Shown in pieces: positions 27,418 through 37,333 of a stretch of 44,014 nt of DNA. The stretch's first letter is position 1. Each line of letters opens with the position of its first letter. The notes under the pieces are model-generated. The model saw only the letters and a program-made list of their open reading frames with translations. It was not told where the DNA came from and did not search any database. The DNA is from a virus (lineage: Duplodnaviria > Caudoviricetes). The stretch is taken from IMG/VR virus record IMGVR_UViG_3300022178_003337, positions 1 through 44,014 of that record. One strand, 5' to 3'. Both the position numbers and the translations under genes were made by a program.

Positions 27418-29598
27418 TCACTCTATGTCAACTACGGAAGTAATTAAGTTGTTGTTGGCGTCGTAAATGCCATACGATACATCGGCACTCACTTTGATGT
27501 TGTTAACACTATTTATCAAATGGGAGTTGAATTGTTTCGTTCCCGCGACCTGAACGAGATCGCGAGTTAGATTAGTGTACCTATCAGGATTAATTATAGA
27601 TGATATATCATATGAGTAGTCTTGGTAGTAGTGATTATCATGAATAACTTTGGTTACATCATTCAAGAATGAAGAAGTTGTAGTCCACTTACCAGTAGTG
27701 AACCCATCGCCACGTGACTGTATCGTCGCAGTTGCCACGACTTCATCAGCGGAATTTAACAACTCAACGGACTCACCATCTCTGTAGTAAAATCCGGTGT
27801 CAATCACATCGACTGTCTGGATCTGACCAATCTCAAATGCTGCTAATCCGCTAGTGATTGCATTAGTTCCCATATCTTTTGATAGAGGGTCTTCGCTAAG
27901 CGATAGAATGTTATAATCGTTGCCTTTGATACTAACGGTTGAGTCATTATCAAAACCGTGGAAACTCAGTTGACGGAAGAAGAATTGGCTACCTTCACGC
28001 TTTAAAAACTTTCCTCGGACAGTATATGGTTCAAGGATTGATGTATCAAAATTCTCTACATCAATAATTTGAGTGATCACATCACCACTTTGGAGGACAA
28101 AGTCAATCACATTGAACGTCATTATGACATCCTGCTTTTGAAACTTGGATATATCACTCTGCGTAATCACACACGCGACGTCGTTTCTATAGTCGACGCC
28201 TTCATCAAGCACGTTAAGAGCGGCAATGGACCCAATTGTCAACGTCGTCGAAGAAAACGCGTCAGCAAGTGTAGTGGTTATAGTCTCAGTGTTAGCACCT
28301 GACATACCATAGTCAGCAGCATTGAGAACCACACCTAAGTAATCCCCAACGATGTCAGTAAAGAATGTTATGACCTCGCTGTTGTTGAGACTACCGATCT
28401 CAAACGATGCACTATCATTGAATTCAGTGATTCCAACCACATCGAACGTTGTGTTAGACGTCTCGTTGGTTAGAGTTACTTTGGCACCTTGAGGTAATCC
28501 AGTGAAGGACACTGATGAATTTGCCGCGTTAAGAAATAGTACGTTCTGATCCTCATCATAGGATACAACCTGAGCAGTTCCTGACACAGTTGTCCCCGAA
28601 TAGGGAGCTGAATTCCCGGTTAGGTCGGTGACCTGCACATTAGCTGCTGATATAACGTCATACGTATCGAATGTCCCGTTGACGGTAGTCACCACAACTT
28701 GGTTTGATTTAAATATGTCGTTGAGAGAGTTATTGCTGCTGTACCCGTATCCACCGTCTTCTACTGCAAACTTGATGACGCCAGTGACCGTTTCAGTGAT
28801 GGATGTAATAACCGCTTTAGCACCCGACCCGTTCTCAGAAGATCTGATGCTGACCGTCTCTCCAACCTGGTTTCCGGGTTGTCTGTTAGCATCAACGACA
28901 TCAACAGAGCTGACACTACCTCTGATTATTTTGCCTGGTGTGAGGAGCACTCTAACTGAGTTTCCTTGCTCATCGACACGAACTCCATCCACTTGGATAT
29001 CATCATCACTGACAAATTTACCATATCCGTTAGATAGGTAAATGATCGGTATGACTGTTCCTGAAAGATTATGGAACACTATTTCATCCACAAACGCATT
29101 AGCTTTAGACGTGTCTCCAAAGAGGCGATCGCCTCTTTGGATTGCTAGATCTCTAAAGCTATTAACAGGTCTCAATTCGATGTAGCTTGAATGTGTGTAT
29201 GTTGAGTTAGACACCTTCAGTATATTGGTGCTAGGATATGTGACCTCAATTTCTTCATCAAAAAACATTCTGAATATGAGACGTAGCGACTCCTCTGACC
29301 CCTTTCTTCTGTAGAGGTCTTGAATATGCTTGACAATGAATCTAGTATCGATAGACGTGTCAAGAGGTAATTCACTGAGATACTTCTTTTTGAAGTGAAT
29401 TAGGAACTTATCATATGTGGTGTCAATGTCACGTATGTTATATGCGTCTCGAAAGCGGTCTTCTTGCTGTTCGAGGTATTTGTAATATGCTTGAACAAAC
29501 TCAACAAAGATTTCCCCGTCTTCCTGATATAAGGCGGGAAACTGATTTGGAATATCTGTGTAGGTTGTTAACCTTACTCTGTCGTTGGTTGTTGCCAT
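27418..29598 (-). CDS. gp7: Baseplate wedge initiator (gp7-like)
   Basis: QFP..Y.E...FVEFVQAYY.YLE, RDIDTT, LYRRKGSEES..FRMFF, IHDNHYYQDYSY, AGTKQF. Confidence 0.8.
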   Translation of the reverse strand: MATTNDRVRLTTYTDIPNQFPALYQEDGEIFVEFVQAYYKYLEQQEDRFRDAYNIRDIDTTYDKFLIHFKKKYLSELPLDTSIDTRFIVKHIQDLYRRKGSEESLRLIFRMFFDEEIEVTYPSTNILKVSNSTYTHSSYIELRPVNSFRDLAIQRGDRLFGDTSKANAFVDEIVFHNLSGTVIPIIYLSNGYGKFVSDDDIQVDGVRVDEQGNSVRVLLTPGKIIRGSVSSVDVVDANRQPGNQVGETVSIRSSENGSGAKAVITSITETVTGVIKFAVEDGGYGYSSNNSLNDIFKSNQVVVTTVNGTFDTYDVISAANVQVTDLTGNSAPYSGTTVSGTAQVVSYDEDQNVLFLNAANSSVSFTGLPQGAKVTLTNETSNTTFDVVGITEFNDSASFEIGSLNNSEVITFFTDIVGDYLGVVLNAADYGMSGANTETITTTLADAFSSTTLTIGSIAALNVLDEGVDYRNDVACVITQSDISKFQKQDVIMTFNVIDFVLQSGDVITQIIDVENFDTSILEPYTVRGKFLKREGSQFFFRQLSFHGFDNDSTVSIKGNDYNILSLSEDPLSKDMGTNAITSGLAAFEIGQIQTVDVIDTGFYYRDGESVELLNSADEVVATATIQSRGDGFTTGKWTTTSSFLNDVTKVIHDNHYYQDYSYDISSIINPDRYTNLTRDLVQVAGTKQFNSHLINSVNNIKVSADVSYGIYDANNNLITSVVDIE

Positions 29599-31391
29599 TA
29601 TCTAACAGCCACCATATTGATGTTAACGTCTGAGGATCTAATGACAAGAATCTTATTCTTCTCGGATCTGATATCCTTGTTGATTGTGTTTGCCTTGAAT
29701 TGAATAGCGGATCCCTCGTATCGATCGATGACGAGGTTTGATAATCTGACTATTCCGGTTTGATAGTCAACTGTTCCAACATTCTGTTTGAATATTCTCT
29801 TACTGGATGAATTAGCAGTCACAGCTATGATTGTTCCATCACCATCATCTTGAAGAGTAATTGCTGTGCCCTCAAGAGTAAAGATGGTTGTTGTTATTGC
29901 TGGATTATGTGACGTAAATCCTTGCACCTCATTAAGCAAGTAAGGTCGTACCAACGAGTCCGTAAAATCGAATGTGGGGTTCGCCGTCGTCCCAATGACG
30001 GGAACGTATTCGATTATAGGCGTAGATGTTACATCTGTGCTCAACACAGATATATCTGATACGTCAATTAAATTAGTCAATCTAGATTGACGAAGAGTCG
30101 CATCAAACATATTTAAGCTGGTGTCGGAATATGTTTGAATGACATCAGAAGCAATCTGCTCCAATTCATCGCTAGATTTAGTGGTTAGTGTTGGGTTATA
30201 GTATACGTTGACATCAAGAGACACATAAACGAATTGAGCCGGAACAAATATAGGTTCAATTGTGAGGGGCGTTTTATCGCGAAGGAAGTTTCGATACTCA
30301 AGAAGCTCTGATGCTCCTGCTCCTTCTGTTCCAAACGCATCAACAGAGATGATAACCTTACCATATTGTGGTGGATCAGCGAGATCCCCTCCGTAAACGG
30401 ATATTGTTTGGATGTTAGGAAACCTTTGCTTAAGTAGAACCTCATAGTCAGTTTTAGTCACAGCTCGTTCTTGAATCTGAATGGACTTTGGCGCAAAGAA
30501 TTTAATATCTTCAATCGTTTCTCTGTCAGACCCGTTTGTCGCTGTAGTTGCACTATTGACAGTTCCCGTGTAACCCCCAATCGTACTTATTAGAGTGAAA
30601 CTTTTCGCGCCATTTGGCTCCTCACCTTTGGTTACTCGATACTCAATCTCGACAACGCTACCGTTAACAGGCTCCATTCCGAATTTATCGCGGCCAAATG
30701 ATATCTTGTAGAGGTTGTCAAAGTGTGGTTCTGTGTAGTACACACTGTCATCTATCTTGATACCGAAGATATCTTTTGTTCCAGTAAATTCAACTTTGGT
30801 TGAATTTGGATTGGAGTTCTCTCGAACAAATACGCGAGTGCTTCTAGTGTCGACATATTCGTTGTTGATTACATATGTAACTGGATTACTATCATCTACC
30901 GTATAGAATTCGCTAAGTAACCTTCCTTCATACACTTCGAGGTCTGTTATTCTGTAGGAGTTACTGACTCTTTTCACTGACCTGTTGCGATCAGTGATAA
31001 AAGTGTAACTCTTCTGTCCACACTGCGCGTTGAATTTTGTGCCTTTTGGTATAGTTAATACCGCAGAGCTATTGGTAGGGTCAGGAACGTTGATGGTCAA
31101 ATCAACCACTGATCTAGCTGACTGATGTGAACTCGGAAGGTAGTTGAGCTCCTTGGCATGCGACACAGCATTTTCTCGGAGCTGCACAGAGTCCATGAAT
31201 AACTCCGAGAATACCATGTTCTCGTATAAGTTGTTGTGAAAGGTGTTATATGATAATACATCTAACAGAATATTAATGTTCGACCCATCAAAGTCGTAAT
31301 CCTTAAATCGGCTTTGCGCTTTAAGGAACGTCTTGAGATTCTCTTTCGCTTGGTCAAAGTCGAGTTGGGTGAAGGGGATGTTATCTGCCAT
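29598..31391 (-). CDS. gp6: Baseplate wedge subunit
   Basis: LDFDQAKENLKTFL..FKDYDFDGSN..LLDVLSYNT, FGRDKFG, Q.RAVTKTDY, VYGG...PPQYGKVII, GTVDYQTG. Confidence 0.95.
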   Translation of the reverse strand: MADNIPFTQLDFDQAKENLKTFLKAQSRFKDYDFDGSNINILLDVLSYNTFHNNLYENMVFSELFMDSVQLRENAVSHAKELNYLPSSHQSARSVVDLTINVPDPTNSSAVLTIPKGTKFNAQCGQKSYTFITDRNRSVKRVSNSYRITDLEVYEGRLLSEFYTVDDSNPVTYVINNEYVDTRSTRVFVRENSNPNSTKVEFTGTKDIFGIKIDDSVYYTEPHFDNLYKISFGRDKFGMEPVNGSVVEIEYRVTKGEEPNGAKSFTLISTIGGYTGTVNSATTATNGSDRETIEDIKFFAPKSIQIQERAVTKTDYEVLLKQRFPNIQTISVYGGDLADPPQYGKVIISVDAFGTEGAGASELLEYRNFLRDKTPLTIEPIFVPAQFVYVSLDVNVYYNPTLTTKSSDELEQIASDVIQTYSDTSLNMFDATLRQSRLTNLIDVSDISVLSTDVTSTPIIEYVPVIGTTANPTFDFTDSLVRPYLLNEVQGFTSHNPAITTTIFTLEGTAITLQDDGDGTIIAVTANSSSKRIFKQNVGTVDYQTGIVRLSNLVIDRYEGSAIQFKANTINKDIRSEKNKILVIRSSDVNINMVAVR

Positions 31392-31798
31392 TATCGAACC
31401 CTAGCTATAGTTGTGATCAATGTTACGTCTTCTTCACTATTTATTACGTTGAATATTACTGTGATCTGTATGGAGTTGTCGTCTACTGCTGACTTAACAT
31501 CAACTCCAATAAGATCGGCTCTGGGTTCATGATTCTCAATCGTTTCCCGCACGACCTCTTTTATAACTATAAGAGATGCAGGAGTGATGTTATCGAATAG
31601 TAGGCGGCGAATATCACCACCGAGAGTTGGTTGGAATAGCCGCTCACCCTTATCAGTCAACAACAGGTTCTTGATAGCCTCCTTAACAGCCTCCTCATTT
31701 GTATTACGCGCAAGGTCGTTACTGACGGGATTCTCCGTCAGGTCCTTAAAGAAGTCGGAATACAATTCCCGTTTTACTGTAATGGGCGTTCTAGCCAT
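31391..31798 (-). CDS. gp25: Baseplate wedge subunit
   Basis: AVKEAIKNLLLT.KGERLFQP.LG..LLFD..IENHEPR. Start moved to ATG 31798, which follows an AAGGGG SD. Confidence 0.93.
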   Translation of the reverse strand: MARTPITVKRELYSDFFKDLTENPVSNDLARNTNEEAVKEAIKNLLLTDKGERLFQPTLGGDIRRLLFDNITPASLIVIKEVVRETIENHEPRADLIGVDVKSAVDDNSIQITVIFNVINSEEDVTLITTIARVR

Positions 31799-31815
31799 AT
31801 CTATCCCCTTTACTT

Positions 31816-31823
31816 TATTTATC
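31816..31823 (-). promoter_or_regulatory. Late promoter variant GATAAATA (gp25)
   Basis: NATAAATA 17 nt upstream of the gp25 ATG. Confidence 0.7.
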
Positions 31824-31825
31824 TG

Positions 31826-31854
31826 TTGTGGCCCAAGGCATCTGCTGTTATATT
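31826..31854 (+). promoter_or_regulatory. Putative sigma70-type (early) promoter
   Basis: TTGTGG-17 nt-TATATT with extended -10 TG and an AT-rich upstream tract; 27 nt before ATG 31882. Confidence 0.55.
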
Positions 31855-31881
31855 GAATACATAAGCAATGGAGATATAACG

Positions 31882-32418
31882 ATGAGCACAATCACACAAA
31901 TCCAAGCAGAACTTCTTGAAATGTTCGCCCCGATTGATCAGATGTTCAAGGAGCGTCAGCAAAAGTGGGCTGCAGAACGTAAAGAGGCTCTGAAAAACCT
32001 TCCTCAGACTGAGGCGTATCAGGAACTTGAGGCACAACGTAAAGCAGCGAAGACTTTCAGTGAACGCAGCGCCGTTGACTCAGCGATGTACGATCTAAGG
32101 TTCAATACCGCAGGTGGCAAGACGTGGTACATCAACGTGTTCTACGGTCGCTCGATTGAGATGATAATCCCCATTGTTGAAAAGAACTGTGATGCTGTTA
32201 TTTCTCGCCGCAACGCTTCGATCGAAGCGAAGCTGATTAAAGCGGGAGTTACTGATCTTATCGAATCCAAGTATTCCAGCACATCAGATGGTTTTCACGG
32301 GACTTTCAACGTCGTCACTGATATGGGTGATAAATGGATCGAAATCGATACGATACTGGCAGGCGGCTACAACATTCAATGCTTGCACAACCGCACTTTG
32401 GTTAAAGTGCGTCACTGA
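31882..32418 (+). CDS. Hypothetical protein (178 aa), antisense within the baseplate operon
   Basis: GGAG SD before ATG 31882; helical N-half; C-terminal ILAGGYNIQCLHNR; fills the gap between gp25 and the M15 gene. Confidence 0.8.
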   Translation: MSTITQIQAELLEMFAPIDQMFKERQQKWAAERKEALKNLPQTEAYQELEAQRKAAKTFSERSAVDSAMYDLRFNTAGGKTWYINVFYGRSIEMIIPIVEKNCDAVISRRNASIEAKLIKAGVTDLIESKYSSTSDGFHGTFNVVTDMGDKWIEIDTILAGGYNIQCLHNRTLVKVRH

Positions 32419-34097
32419 GGACCAACAACATCGACAGTAACCGTGGACTCAGGAGAAGTCACGGTTACTGTAACAGTCCGATACCCATTAGATTCGTGGC
32501 GCTCGAGTGCAGATTTGAATCTCGTTTGATTCAAAGATGAGCGACTCCCATTAGGCCCCCACACCCGTCTACTCCCCGTGTCAACGTGGATAAACGATTT
32601 GTAACTACCCATCCCCTGAAATCCGACTTGGCTAAGTAATCCGATTAGTCTACGGATCTCAGAATCAGATAATCCGTTGGTACTAATATCGATTGCCTTG
32701 CCTTTACAGTGTAATGAATTAAAAGCCCCATTATTAGCTCTGTTGTATTGAGGGGATCGATATGCGCTATTGATAGTTAACTGTCGGCCAAACTCTCTTG
32801 AGACTATCATAAGCTTCTGCCATACCATGTGGTCAACTTCAGCATATCCTGCTCCTGGATACGTGTCTCCTGGTGCAGATCCGCTACCGTTTCCAGTATG
32901 CATTGATATCACGCCACTACTGAAGATGAATCGGCCTGGAACGCCAGCAGCACTTATGTTGGTTATCGAAGCATTCTCTTCTTGCGTTAGATGCGGATCG
33001 GAAACATATGGGCCCGTTACTCTTCGAGCAGAAGCCGCAGCCATTCTCGATTGGCCGTCTTGAATCCCTGCCTCTGAGAGACGGACAGCTCCCGCTTGAG
33101 TGGCACTTCTAGATCGATCGTTACCGAATGCCTCAAGTCTAATGTGCTCTTCCACAATCCCGCTGACATACACACTCAAAACATCGATAGGCGATTTCAT
33201 GAATGATTGGATTAACTCAGCAAATTGGCAAAACCGGAACATTAAAAGGGCGATCGCTTCGGGAGTCAACTCCTCAAACTGATCAACTGATTGGTTAACA
33301 AACTTTTCGATCTCTGATTTAATAGACTCTATAGTTAGATCATCGAGGAACGATCGCACATTTTGAATTCTTGAGTGTACTGATTTTAAAAGTCTGTTTG
33401 TTTGACGGCCTATACCAGACAATAGCTGAGTAGCATTGTCTGCGATGGCTTGCACTTGTTGCACAAGAGTTTCCTTCAGCCCATCCACTATTGCTATCAG
33501 CTTAGTCTTCAAGGTACCGAGTTGATCAAATAAGTCCTCAAGACTGAAGTTCGCTAGCTTGTCTAGCAAGTTGACGCCTAGTTGGATCGTCGCAACAGCC
33601 TTTAGGATTTGACTGAAGGGGTTAGAAAATGCTCCACAGAATCCGCCAGATATTGTATTAGCAATATTTTCTGAGTAGTGCAATTCCAGGTGTGAGATGA
33701 TTTCAGCGTACCCTACTGGTATGTTTGCTACGGGGAGAATATCAACAGAGTTGGTGGTCACGTCATATGTCACAACCGGAAAATCGTTAACTACTGCTGT
33801 CACCACATCGAGCGAGTATCCTGCCTGAATCAAGAAGTCGCCAAACTCAGGGTATAGAATATCTCCTTGAGCGACGCGACTCTCAACGTACGGGTAATTA
33901 GTTAGATCCACGCGACGAATCGTTCCATTGAACCCCTTAGAGGCTTCAACGAGAGCATCCCTATCGAAACGGTCAATTGGGTTAGCCTCTCGCTTCAATA
34001 AATCCGCAAATCCTAGATTTGCTGTAAACTCTGAACTACTTTGGGTTAAGTAAGTTGAAGCATATTTAGTCGCTAATGTCGTTGGTCTACACGTCAT
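32412..34097 (-). CDS. Baseplate-hub-associated protein with C-terminal Zn peptidase M15 (DUF882/YcbK-like) domain
   Basis: LTINSAYRSPQYN..NSLH.KGKAIDI..FIHVD gives the H-x6-D and H-x-D Zn ligands; helical N-terminal region; follows gp5. Confidence 0.85.
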   Translation of the reverse strand: MTCRPTTLATKYASTYLTQSSSEFTANLGFADLLKREANPIDRFDRDALVEASKGFNGTIRRVDLTNYPYVESRVAQGDILYPEFGDFLIQAGYSLDVVTAVVNDFPVVTYDVTTNSVDILPVANIPVGYAEIISHLELHYSENIANTISGGFCGAFSNPFSQILKAVATIQLGVNLLDKLANFSLEDLFDQLGTLKTKLIAIVDGLKETLVQQVQAIADNATQLLSGIGRQTNRLLKSVHSRIQNVRSFLDDLTIESIKSEIEKFVNQSVDQFEELTPEAIALLMFRFCQFAELIQSFMKSPIDVLSVYVSGIVEEHIRLEAFGNDRSRSATQAGAVRLSEAGIQDGQSRMAAASARRVTGPYVSDPHLTQEENASITNISAAGVPGRFIFSSGVISMHTGNGSGSAPGDTYPGAGYAEVDHMVWQKLMIVSREFGRQLTINSAYRSPQYNRANNGAFNSLHCKGKAIDISTNGLSDSEIRRLIGLLSQVGFQGMGSYKSFIHVDTGSRRVWGPNGSRSSLNQTRFKSALERHESNGYRTVTVTVTSPESTVTVDVVGPQ

Positions 34098-34115
34098 CTG
34101 TGGCCCCGTTCCTTT

Positions 34116-35078
34116 TTAAACATCATCTATCTCACGCCCTGATATTCCACCAGCTTTAGGTCTAACTTTTGTTACACCCACTCCACTATTTGTTGAGAGA
34201 CGTCTTCCTGGGGGACTGGGTAATGTGGACACTACGGGAGCGACAGCATCGTCGATTCCGGTTGCTCCTGCGCCCCCCTCAGCTAAGCGAACAACATCAT
34301 CGATATAGACTACATCACCTCTGATCCTAGCGTTGGATCCCTTCATCTTCAACTCACCTGAAGCGTCCACTCTAATCTCACCATTGCCCTTCAGGTTCAT
34401 GTTGGATTCGGTGCCGAGAGACATATCACCCTTTGATAGGACACTGAAGGTTTCACTTGCACCGATCTTTACGTTCTTAGCGATTAGATCTAGGTTGTCA
34501 GTGTGTGCCTCCATAGAGAATTTAGCCCCCTTCATCTCTATTCCCTCTCCAGAGTTGAAAGTTGCCTTACCTCGAGCAGTCAGCGCGAAGTTTTCACACT
34601 CTATATTCAAGTCTCCGTTAATGCTTACGTTACCAGATCCACCCTCAACCATGACATTCCACTCGCCTCCAACGCTCTGGTTGGTGTCGCCAGCAGATCG
34701 TTGGTAGTGAAGACCTTCAGTCGTGTTGTACGTATCCCCAAATGATTTGATTAAAATTGTACCGTCCTGGTCGATTTGTACAACAGAGCCGGAGTGGTGA
34801 GTTATTAGAATATATCCATCTCCGTCTGCCCCTTCATCATTCACTACTACAGAATTGCCTCCACGCTTTGATTGAAATACTACTGTATTCATGGATCGTT
34901 GAGGAACGGTTATATCAGGCTCATTCCAAGTAAGGTCTGAGTTGGGGGTAGCAACTTCTTCTGCCTTTGCAGCACCTTGTATTGGTGCGCTCGTGCTCGT
35001 TGGCTGCTCGCCACACATATACGGAGATAAAGGTGGTCGTCCGAAGTTCTCTACATGATCTTTTGAAATCTTTGGCAT
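34116..35078 (-). CDS. gp5 C-terminal part (beta-helix needle) encoded as a separate gene
   Basis: HHSGSVVQIDQDG, V.G...V.V.G....I.GD.NI beta-helix repeats; TAATG-coupled to the gp5 N-terminal gene. Confidence 0.8.
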   Translation of the reverse strand: MPKISKDHVENFGRPPLSPYMCGEQPTSTSAPIQGAAKAEEVATPNSDLTWNEPDITVPQRSMNTVVFQSKRGGNSVVVNDEGADGDGYILITHHSGSVVQIDQDGTILIKSFGDTYNTTEGLHYQRSAGDTNQSVGGEWNVMVEGGSGNVSINGDLNIECENFALTARGKATFNSGEGIEMKGAKFSMEAHTDNLDLIAKNVKIGASETFSVLSKGDMSLGTESNMNLKGNGEIRVDASGELKMKGSNARIRGDVVYIDDVVRLAEGGAGATGIDDAVAPVVSTLPSPPGRRLSTNSGVGVTKVRPKAGGISGREIDDV

Positions 35079-35965
35079 TAGTTTACTGTTCCAAATACTG
35101 TTCCACCGACCACGCGTGATCCCGGTGAATTTGCTACAAGGTCTCTGAACCCGATGTCAGTCCCTACACCATACGCTGATGTTATATTGGACGTGAAGTT
35201 TAGCCAGGTGGTTGGAGCAGAAGGTAAATATTGATTAACACCTGATATGGTGCTGGCGATTTGTGTTTGCGATGGGTTGATGAAGTTGTTTGAAGGACCA
35301 GATCCAGCTGCCCCTGTTACCGCCTGGAATTGGTTTGATTGGTGGAGAACTCCCATAACTGAGTTGGGGTACTTGGGAGACCTGACACGATTTAAGATAA
35401 CCCCCATAGCATACGCTTGTTCTTCGGGCGAGTTGGGAAGCGATTCCGCCACTGTCGCTGCGACCAGATTATTCCACTCATCGTCTGACATTTCGCGTCC
35501 AAGGAACTCTTCAGCATTGCGTCTCGCCTGATCACCTTGAGGACCAGAAAGTATCTCATTAACATCAGCATTAGTCAATCTATTTTGATTCGATGTTGAA
35601 CCTACTCTCTTGCTACCTTCAACTGGTGGGGCTCCTGCATCATCTAGGTTTGTACCCGGAAGTGTGCCGAGCAGAAAGGGATGCTGTGCTTCCTTGCCAT
35701 CAACGAAGAACCCAAAGACCCAATCTCCTTCGTCAGGAACCATATTCATCTTCCCGTATGTTCCATTAACACAGATTGCCCATGGAAGGTCCTGATCCTC
35801 CACATAATCAAGAGCTTCTTTATCTCCATCAGCAACGAAAGGATCACTAGGATGAATTCCAAACACACGAACACGAACACGCCCTGCATTAGTCGGATCA
35901 TTGTTATCGACCACTTCGCCTAAAAACCAATATGGGGCCATGCCCATTGAAGCATTAAAAATCAT
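35078..35965 (-). CDS. gp5: gp5 N-terminal OB-fold fused to SleB/Hydrolase_2-type cell-wall hydrolase
   Basis: WFLGEVVDNNDP..GRVRVRVFG.H..LPWA..GDWVFGFF.DG..AQ.P..LG; then VAES..EQAYAMGVILNRVRSPKYPNSV.GV..Q..QF. Confidence 0.88.
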   Translation of the reverse strand: MIFNASMGMAPYWFLGEVVDNNDPTNAGRVRVRVFGIHPSDPFVADGDKEALDYVEDQDLPWAICVNGTYGKMNMVPDEGDWVFGFFVDGKEAQHPFLLGTLPGTNLDDAGAPPVEGSKRVGSTSNQNRLTNADVNEILSGPQGDQARRNAEEFLGREMSDDEWNNLVAATVAESLPNSPEEQAYAMGVILNRVRSPKYPNSVMGVLHQSNQFQAVTGAAGSGPSNNFINPSQTQIASTISGVNQYLPSAPTTWLNFTSNITSAYGVGTDIGFRDLVANSPGSRVVGGTVFGTVN

Positions 35966-35974
35966 AGCACCCTC

Positions 35975-37333
35975 TCATCCATCAAGTAATCCGCCCTTAA
36001 CCAAGGTTAGTGTTTGGTAGTATGAGTTCTCAACAAACTCATTAGATATCGATTCAACAAGCCACTTTCCAGATCGTTGTGTATCCTGCTCAAGTTGCAC
36101 TCTAAATTCAGGAAGCTCAAGTTGGATTACAGACCCCACAACGACTTCATTCGTTCCAAAAATCTGAATAGTAATTTTTGACTGTTCGTAATGATACATT
36201 GATGCAGTCTTGTTGTTGTAAATATCACCGTAATGTGTTTGTGGTCGAAGTCCGTACGCACTATTGACATCAGGATCAGCGTAGTCTTTGATTCCATACA
36301 CATTCCGCCACTTATTCATGTGAAGATCTATCATTTCATCTGACGCTTGCAGATTAAGCTTTGTCCCCTCCCCATCTGGGTACGTAGACTCAACGTATGA
36401 TGTTTTGTGCTGATATGATGATACACTTTGTGTTCTCGTCAACGGATCTAATCCTGTAAACTTCCTATAGTATGCGCCCTCATTCATCGCGTCAATGGTA
36501 TTAACAGTCTGACCGTAATCTACTTCAATTACACTCTGAAGTTTAGCGAGTTCTGCTTCAGGAGTCTGATCTGCTGGGCCTGAAGCAAAGTAAAATGACT
36601 GATCGGCGGGAGCAAACGCTACTAGTTCTTCGACATTGGCGAAGTGGTACTTATCCCGACTCTCAAAGAATCGATAGTTACTAGACTTATATGTCGCTGA
36701 GAAACCTCTACGAGAGAAGAAGTGCATCGCATCTTCAGGCTTGAGATTAGGAATAACCAACTTCTGTTCACCATCAGTTTCGGAAATTTCGATTTGCTTT
36801 TGCGTGCCTCCAGGACTGGAGTAGTAGTCGTCGAATAATACCTGAACCTGCTCGTGAATAGGAATATATCTCCTTCCTGTCCCCGATCCTTCAGCTATGC
36901 ATCGTTGAATGGAGTATCTATCGGACCAGAACTTGCCAAATGATACAAAGTTCAACTTATACTCCAACACAGCATCGTCAGTGCTCTTGGATGGTTTAAC
37001 ATCAGTAATAGAATACACAAAGAACTTGTGCTCCTTTGAAACACCCTTCAAGTCTGTGTAACGGACTCTGAGGATCTCCTGACCTCTCATAGGCATATCA
37101 TAGAATGCACCAACAGCGTCATATATCGTTGCAGACCCTCTAACAGAGCCATTCAACATAGACTCTTGTATATTCCACACGTGAACGATGGACTTCAAGT
37201 CCACTTGAACAGGACTTGCAGATCCTGTCGAAAATCCTGTTCGTGGATCAAACGACTGCTGAGACGTGTCAGAAGTTAGTGACTCAATGCTAAACTCATC
37301 TAGCACGTACGTTCCTGCTGGCTTCATTGACAT
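35975..37333 (-). CDS. Baseplate hub protein (gp27-like)
   Basis: Between gp53 and gp5; I.ES....V.G...I.D..G....P..GQE, IPNLKP, FFES, G....VG.VI.L..P, SGKWLV..I...F. Confidence 0.7.
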   Translation of the reverse strand: MSMKPAGTYVLDEFSIESLTSDTSQQSFDPRTGFSTGSASPVQVDLKSIVHVWNIQESMLNGSVRGSATIYDAVGAFYDMPMRGQEILRVRYTDLKGVSKEHKFFVYSITDVKPSKSTDDAVLEYKLNFVSFGKFWSDRYSIQRCIAEGSGTGRRYIPIHEQVQVLFDDYYSSPGGTQKQIEISETDGEQKLVIPNLKPEDAMHFFSRRGFSATYKSSNYRFFESRDKYHFANVEELVAFAPADQSFYFASGPADQTPEAELAKLQSVIEVDYGQTVNTIDAMNEGAYYRKFTGLDPLTRTQSVSSYQHKTSYVESTYPDGEGTKLNLQASDEMIDLHMNKWRNVYGIKDYADPDVNSAYGLRPQTHYGDIYNNKTASMYHYEQSKITIQIFGTNEVVVGSVIQLELPEFRVQLEQDTQRSGKWLVESISNEFVENSYYQTLTLVKGGLLDG

